A DNA stretch of 8,533 bases, taken from the NCBI GenBank assembly GCA_037147375.1, contig JBAWVI010000039.1, positions 1 through 8,533 of the forward strand, written 5' to 3'. A program made the position numbers and the translations under genes. A model generated the notes under the pieces. That model did no database searches. It saw only the letters and a list, made by a program, of their open reading frames with translations, and was not told where the DNA came from. The number at the start of each line of letters is the position of its first letter. Positions within the stretch are counted from its first letter, which is position 1. This document shows, piece by piece, positions 5,477 through 8,533 of the stretch. Origin of the DNA: an archaeon. Its GTDB lineage: Archaea; Iainarchaeota; Iainarchaeia; Iainarchaeales; CSSED10-239.

Positions 5477-7015
5477 TTACAAGAAAGATTCTATATCTTT
5501 CTTTTCTTCTTCTTTTCTTGTTTCATAACTTCTTGCAAGACCACTTAAGGTTACATCAAGAATTGAATCTTGGGATTTCTTTTTTCTTACCTTAAAGAAT
5601 ACAGGATAATTGCTTGCTTCACCAACAACAAGTGCTTCACCTACACGAAGAGAAGTTATCATCTCAATTGATTTACTATCAAGTCCTTCACTTGATTCAC
5701 CTATGTGCTTTAAGTCATAAGGATTTGTTATTCTTAAAATAATGTGTGTGTTTGCTTGCGATAGAACTGTTGTCGAAAGTCTAACTGGTCTTTGAGAAAT
5801 AAGACATAAACAAGCACCAAACTTTCTTCCTTCTCTTGCTATCGTTTCAAGAATTCCTTTTGCAAGAGCTCTATCCTTTTGTGCCATCTCTGGAGCAAAC
5901 TGATGTGCTTCTTCAACTACAAGAAGGAAAGGTGGAACTTTTTCTTTGTTTACTCTTCCATGGAATAGTTTATGAGCGAAATAAAAAAGAATTAATTGTT
6001 TCTTCTTTTGATTAATCTCATTTGATAAATCTAAGATAGTTAGCTTACCTGGTTGCACAACATCATAAACACTTGGAGAATCAACTTTACCAAATAAATG
6101 TAATTCAGTTAACTCATATAATGCATTAATTAGTGGTTTTGAAATTGTATCTTTAATGTCCGATGCTTCAATTTCTTTAATTATATCTTTTAAATCAAAA
6201 GGACCTGCTCCGTGCTTTTTATCTTCAGTTAATTTCTTGATTGCAATTGAGAGTTCTCTTTTTTGTGCTGCAGAAAGAACTGTTAAAAGATTAGATAGAA
6301 AATGATCCGATAAACCAGTAACTCCAATCTTAATATCATTTGATTTAATTTTTATTGTTTTATTTGAATAATCTTTTTTTTCTTTATCTTTACAAGGTTC
6401 TGAGAAATTTGAATATTCTCCATGAGTATCAACTAAGAATACTGCTATTCTTCCTTTATCTTCTGGTCTATCTAAAAGTTCTTCAAGAATAACGCTTGTT
6501 AAATAACTTTTTCCTGCACCTGATTGAGCAAGAATAGCAAGGTGCTTTTGAAGAAGACGATCAAGATCGAAAGTTACTTGAAGAGATGGATTTTCTATCT
6601 CTCCTAAGTTAAGTCCATCTTCTTTGAAATGTAAAAACTTTGTGAGAACATCTTTATCACAAACTTCAACCTTATCTCCTGGTGAAACTGGAAGAGTTGA
6701 TCTTGCAAATCTATTCTCAGTTGTAAGAACTCCAAGAGGCTTTATTATTCCTTCCAGAAATTCCCATTCATTTGCTGGAAACTGTTCAAAGATATTTATG
6801 TTATTAAGTTCAAATTCTTTAATTGATTCATTGTTTTCAAAATATCTATTTCTTTTTAAAACATCTACAACTAAACCAATTAGTTTTCCTTGAGAATAGT
6901 TTATTTGAATGTATTGCCCCTTATGAACAACCTTGTTTATGCAAACAAAACTAATCTTAGAAGTAGATGGGGAATCCTCTGTTGATATTACGATTCCAAA
7001 TTCATTTTCTTGCAT
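5477..7015 (-). CDS. herA: HerA-type hexameric ATPase/helicase (HAS-barrel + FtsK/HerA P-loop ATPase; DUF87/COG0433-like)
   Basis: 512 aa. The N-terminal barrel-like region is FGIVISTEDSPSTSKISFVCIN..VHKGQYIQINYSQGKLIGLVVDV. Walker A is HLAILAQSGAGKSY (AQSGAGKS = 6506..6529, verified at the codon level). Walker B is FLLVVEEAH (5903..5929). The C-terminal part is REGRKFGACLCLISQRPVRLSTTVLSQANTHIILRITNPYD and LRVGEALVVGEA. TAA stop. Confidence 0.85.
   Translation of the reverse strand: MQENEFGIVISTEDSPSTSKISFVCINKVVHKGQYIQINYSQGKLIGLVVDVLKRNRYFENNESIKEFELNNINIFEQFPANEWEFLEGIIKPLGVLTTENRFARSTLPVSPGDKVEVCDKDVLTKFLHFKEDGLNLGEIENPSLQVTFDLDRLLQKHLAILAQSGAGKSYLTSVILEELLDRPEDKGRIAVFLVDTHGEYSNFSEPCKDKEKKDYSNKTIKIKSNDIKIGVTGLSDHFLSNLLTVLSAAQKRELSIAIKKLTEDKKHGAGPFDLKDIIKEIEASDIKDTISKPLINALYELTELHLFGKVDSPSVYDVVQPGKLTILDLSNEINQKKKQLILFYFAHKLFHGRVNKEKVPPFLLVVEEAHQFAPEMAQKDRALAKGILETIAREGRKFGACLCLISQRPVRLSTTVLSQANTHIILRITNPYDLKHIGESSEGLDSKSIEMITSLRVGEALVVGEASNYPVFFKVRKKKSQDSILDVTLSGLARSYETRKEEEKKDIESFL
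5481..5503 (+). terminator. Hairpin (9-bp A/T-rich stem, 5-nt loop) followed by a T-rich tract; possible terminator of the plus-strand pair, lying inside the 3' end of herA
   Basis: AAGAAAGAT (5481..5489), loop TCTAT, ATCTTTCTT (5495..5503), then TTCTTCTTCTTTTCTTGTTTC. The hairpin starts 7 nt after the TAA at 5472..5474. The stem has only 2 G:C pairs, so it is weak. Confidence 0.3.
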
Positions 7016-7023
7016 ATTTTACT

Positions 7024-7027
7024 ACCT
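7024..7027 (-). promoter_or_regulatory. Shine-Dalgarno-like AGGT, 8 nt upstream of the herA ATG
   Basis: The minus strand reads TAAAGGTAGTAAAAT-ATG, within the 17-nt gap after the stop of the 249-aa gene. Confidence 0.4.
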
Positions 7028-7032
7028 TTAAG

Positions 7033-7782
7033 TTACATGTGTGCTAATTGCCTTTTTATTGTTTGATTTAATTTAAGTTTCATAATTTTATTTTTATGTT
7101 GAACTTCTCTTTTTCTGTGCTTTGGTAAGATTGCTTTTCTGAATTTATTTAGTTCAAATGGCTTTTCTGATAAGGATAAATTATTAAGATAATTTATCTT
7201 TGATTTAATTCCAAAATATTCTAACCTATTTTTAATAGCTTTTCCCCAAGTTGAAACACATAATCCTCTATACTCACCAAATGCAGAAATACTTATTTCT
7301 TTGTTTAATTTATTTAAAAATATTTTATTCATGAAATTAGGAGTTGTTATTGCACCAGGTTCAATTCCTTGATTTGGATCATAATTACTAAAAATTACTC
7401 TTTCACTTAGCTTATCTTTTATGAAAAGATTAAATTTAGATAATAGTTCTTTTTGTTCCTTAAGTGTTTCATTAAACCGTTGCGCATTCATTTTATAGGT
7501 TTCAAGTGTCATTTTATTTGAATAATTTTCATATCCTCTTAATTTTGGTTCGAAAACAATCAATATAGCATCTTTGTTTTCAGAAATTTTATTTATTTGC
7601 TTACCATAAATTCCTAGAGTTTTTTTCAAGATATCATTTGTACGTTTATCTCCTAATTTAATCTGTTTTATTATTGGATTTTCACGAGTGTCATTAATTA
7701 CTTGTCTTAAAAAACCTCTCATAATTATTAAATCGTATAATGGATGAACTAATAAATATATTTTATTATATTTCTCGCCCAT
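7033..7782 (-). CDS. Hypothetical protein, 249 aa: predicted alpha/beta body with a strongly basic C-terminal tail, immediately upstream of herA
   Basis: ATG start preceded by TAAGGTAA, TAA stop. Hydrophobic strand-like segments alternate with helical segments (IYLLVHP, AILIVFEP, VIFSNYDP, ISISAFGEYRGLCV). The tail is KFRKAILPKHRKREVQHKNKIMKLKLNQTIKRQLAHM. I found no NurA, Mre11 or other recognisable signature. Confidence 0.6.
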   Translation of the reverse strand: MGEKYNKIYLLVHPLYDLIIMRGFLRQVINDTRENPIIKQIKLGDKRTNDILKKTLGIYGKQINKISENKDAILIVFEPKLRGYENYSNKMTLETYKMNAQRFNETLKEQKELLSKFNLFIKDKLSERVIFSNYDPNQGIEPGAITTPNFMNKIFLNKLNKEISISAFGEYRGLCVSTWGKAIKNRLEYFGIKSKINYLNNLSLSEKPFELNKFRKAILPKHRKREVQHKNKIMKLKLNQTIKRQLAHM

Positions 7783-7790
7783 AGTTTGTT

Positions 7791-7794
7791 ACCT
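7791..7794 (-). promoter_or_regulatory. Shine-Dalgarno-like AGGT, 8 nt upstream of the ATG of the 249-aa gene
   Basis: The minus strand reads ATTAAGGTAACAAACT-ATG, within the 24-nt gap after the PAC2 stop. Confidence 0.4.
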
Positions 7795-7806
7795 TAATTT
7801 TATTAT

Positions 7807-8533
7807 TTATCTTATATAATTATTTCTTGTTGGTGTTTCATCTTTTGGAGGTTGATTCATCTTCTCTATATCTTTTGCCATCTTTGAGAATGATTCTTCA
7901 ATCTTTTTTGCACTTTCAAGAATTGATTTTAAGTCAAGCTTTAAATCTGGAAATAATTTTAAGGTTATCTCAAGTATTTCTTTTGCAGATGCTGGATCTC
8001 CATAAGTTAGCTTACTGTCTGTTTCTCCCATTAAACAAATACTAGATATCTTGTGATTTTGATATGCAACTCCAGGAAGAAGACCTGCAATTCCAGAAAT
8101 AAGTGTATCTTTATTGTCTTTATCAAAATAAATATTTGTAATCTTCTTTTTTTCAAAATTTGTTTTTGTTTGTTCATCAGATGTTACACAAGCAACCTTT
8201 GGCTTTGCTTTCATTCTTTGATCTCCAATGTTAAGTCCAGCAAAAGTATATATTTCTTTTATTCCTATTTTTTTTGCAAAAGAGGATATACTTTCTGAAA
8301 ACTCATAATGGTCTTGTGAGTTTGGAACATTTCCTAATGCTGGTTGAACAGGACCAACTAAAAATAAATAATCTCTAGTTTTACTGGAATAAATATATAT
8401 TTCATCATGAATAATTTCTAGAATTGAATTTTTTGCATGAACTGCTGGTGGAAATGAATCTGAATAAACCTTAGCAAAAAGAGTTGGCTTAGGTTTAAGT
8501 TAACTAACTAGATAATCAACAGCAATCTTTCCA
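7807..8533 (-). pseudogene. PAC2-family (proteasome assembly chaperone 2 / archaeal PbaB-like) gene, interrupted by a single in-frame TAA at 8500..8502; 5' end lies beyond the right window edge
   Basis: The ORF track gives only 7807..8214 (135 aa from an internal Met). My hand translation shows the same frame open upstream: GKIAVDYLVS-TAA-LKPKPTLFAKVYSDSFPPAVHAKNSILEIIHDEIYIYSSKTRDYLFLVGPVQPALGNVPNSQDHYEFSESISSFAKKIGIKEIYTFAGLNIGDQR-MKAKPKVACVTSD... There is no ATG, GTG or TTG between 8499 and 8214. The pattern is PAC2-like throughout: G.IA..YL...L, sd-FPP-v, IYTfaGl, and GIAGLLPGVAYQNHKISSICLMGETDSKLTYGDPASAKEILEITLKLFPDLKLDL. It could instead be a sequencing error or a split gene. Confidence 0.55.

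Noticed and set aside
6624-6893. 89-aa plus-strand ORF antisense to herA
   Set aside because: It lies inside the strongly supported herA CDS and has no start context or recognisable motifs.
7033-7782. Calling the 249-aa protein NurA, a PD-(D/E)xK nuclease or an isochorismatase-like hydrolase
   Set aside because: I found no NurA-type motifs and it is shorter than the NurA proteins I know. The D-x6-E-x-K and G....CV strings are short and could be chance. I left it as hypothetical and flagged it for profile and structure searches.
7807-7821. The C-terminal ...NNYIR of the PAC2 homolog as an HbYX proteasome-docking motif
   Set aside because: In HbYX the Tyr is penultimate, but here it is the third residue from the end. 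That is suggestive at best, so I make no call.
7827-8298. Plus-strand ORFs 7827..8045 and 8053..8298 antisense to the PAC2 gene
   Set aside because: These are low-complexity shadow ORFs. The minus-strand frame carries PAC2-like conserved blocks along its whole length.
8500-8502. Possibility that the in-frame TAA reflects stop-codon reassignment (an altered genetic code), given the unusual aRF1
   Set aside because: TAA terminates 6 of the 8 ORFs whose ends are in the window (aRF1, both paralogs, herA, the 249-aa gene, PAC2). TAG and TGA terminate the other two at sensible lengths. The aRF1 stop-recognition motifs NIKS and YxCxxxF are canonical.
8499-8511. GTTAACTAACTAG as an artificial six-frame-stop linker marking a contig join
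   Set aside because: The PAC2-like reading frame and sequence are continuous and in phase across it, with no Ns or indels. All but the TAA codon read as plausible residues (LVS-stop-L). A chance occurrence in AT-rich DNA, plus one nonsense change, is simpler.
1-8533. Search for tRNA, rRNA, CRISPR repeats, transposase/IS ends or long direct repeats
   Set aside because: Non-coding space is limited to gaps of 2-115 nt. The only large gap (4490..4604) is AT-rich promoter-like sequence with no cloverleaf potential. I noticed no repeated units longer than about 9 nt apart from those reported.

Overview
This is a very AT-rich, gene-dense archaeal chromosomal segment, with gaps of 2-115 nt. The archaeal assignment rests on an eRF1-type release factor (aRF1), a PAC2-type proteasome-assembly-chaperone homolog, HerA, TruD/Pus7 and TTTAWATA-like TATA boxes. 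A small-genome DPANN-like lineage is only a guess.

Gene order, left to right:
- truD, 5' part, minus strand, runs off the left edge and is not in the ORF track.
- aRF1, minus strand, split directly after its catalytic GGQ by a 506-aa intein. The intein has intact splicing blocks, a LAGLIDADG homing endonuclease and an extra XRE-like HTH.
- A small membrane-anchored protein, minus strand.
- A Gpt/Hpt-like phosphoribosyltransferase, minus strand.
- A divergent promoter region.
- Two tandem, equal-length (138 aa) paralogous lysine-rich proteins, the only plus-strand genes.
- HerA ATPase, convergent with them (stop codons 2 nt apart), minus strand.
- A 249-aa uncharacterised protein, minus strand.
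- A PAC2 homolog, minus strand. Its conserved frame continues upstream of the tracked ORF, has no start codon, contains one in-frame TAA and runs off the right edge.

I saw no rRNA, tRNA, CRISPR array or transposase.

The most notable items are the intein in the GGQ loop of the release factor, the HerA cluster with an unknown partner in place of NurA, the orphan paralog pair and the interrupted PAC2 gene. All homology calls come from motif recognition by eye. No database search was possible.
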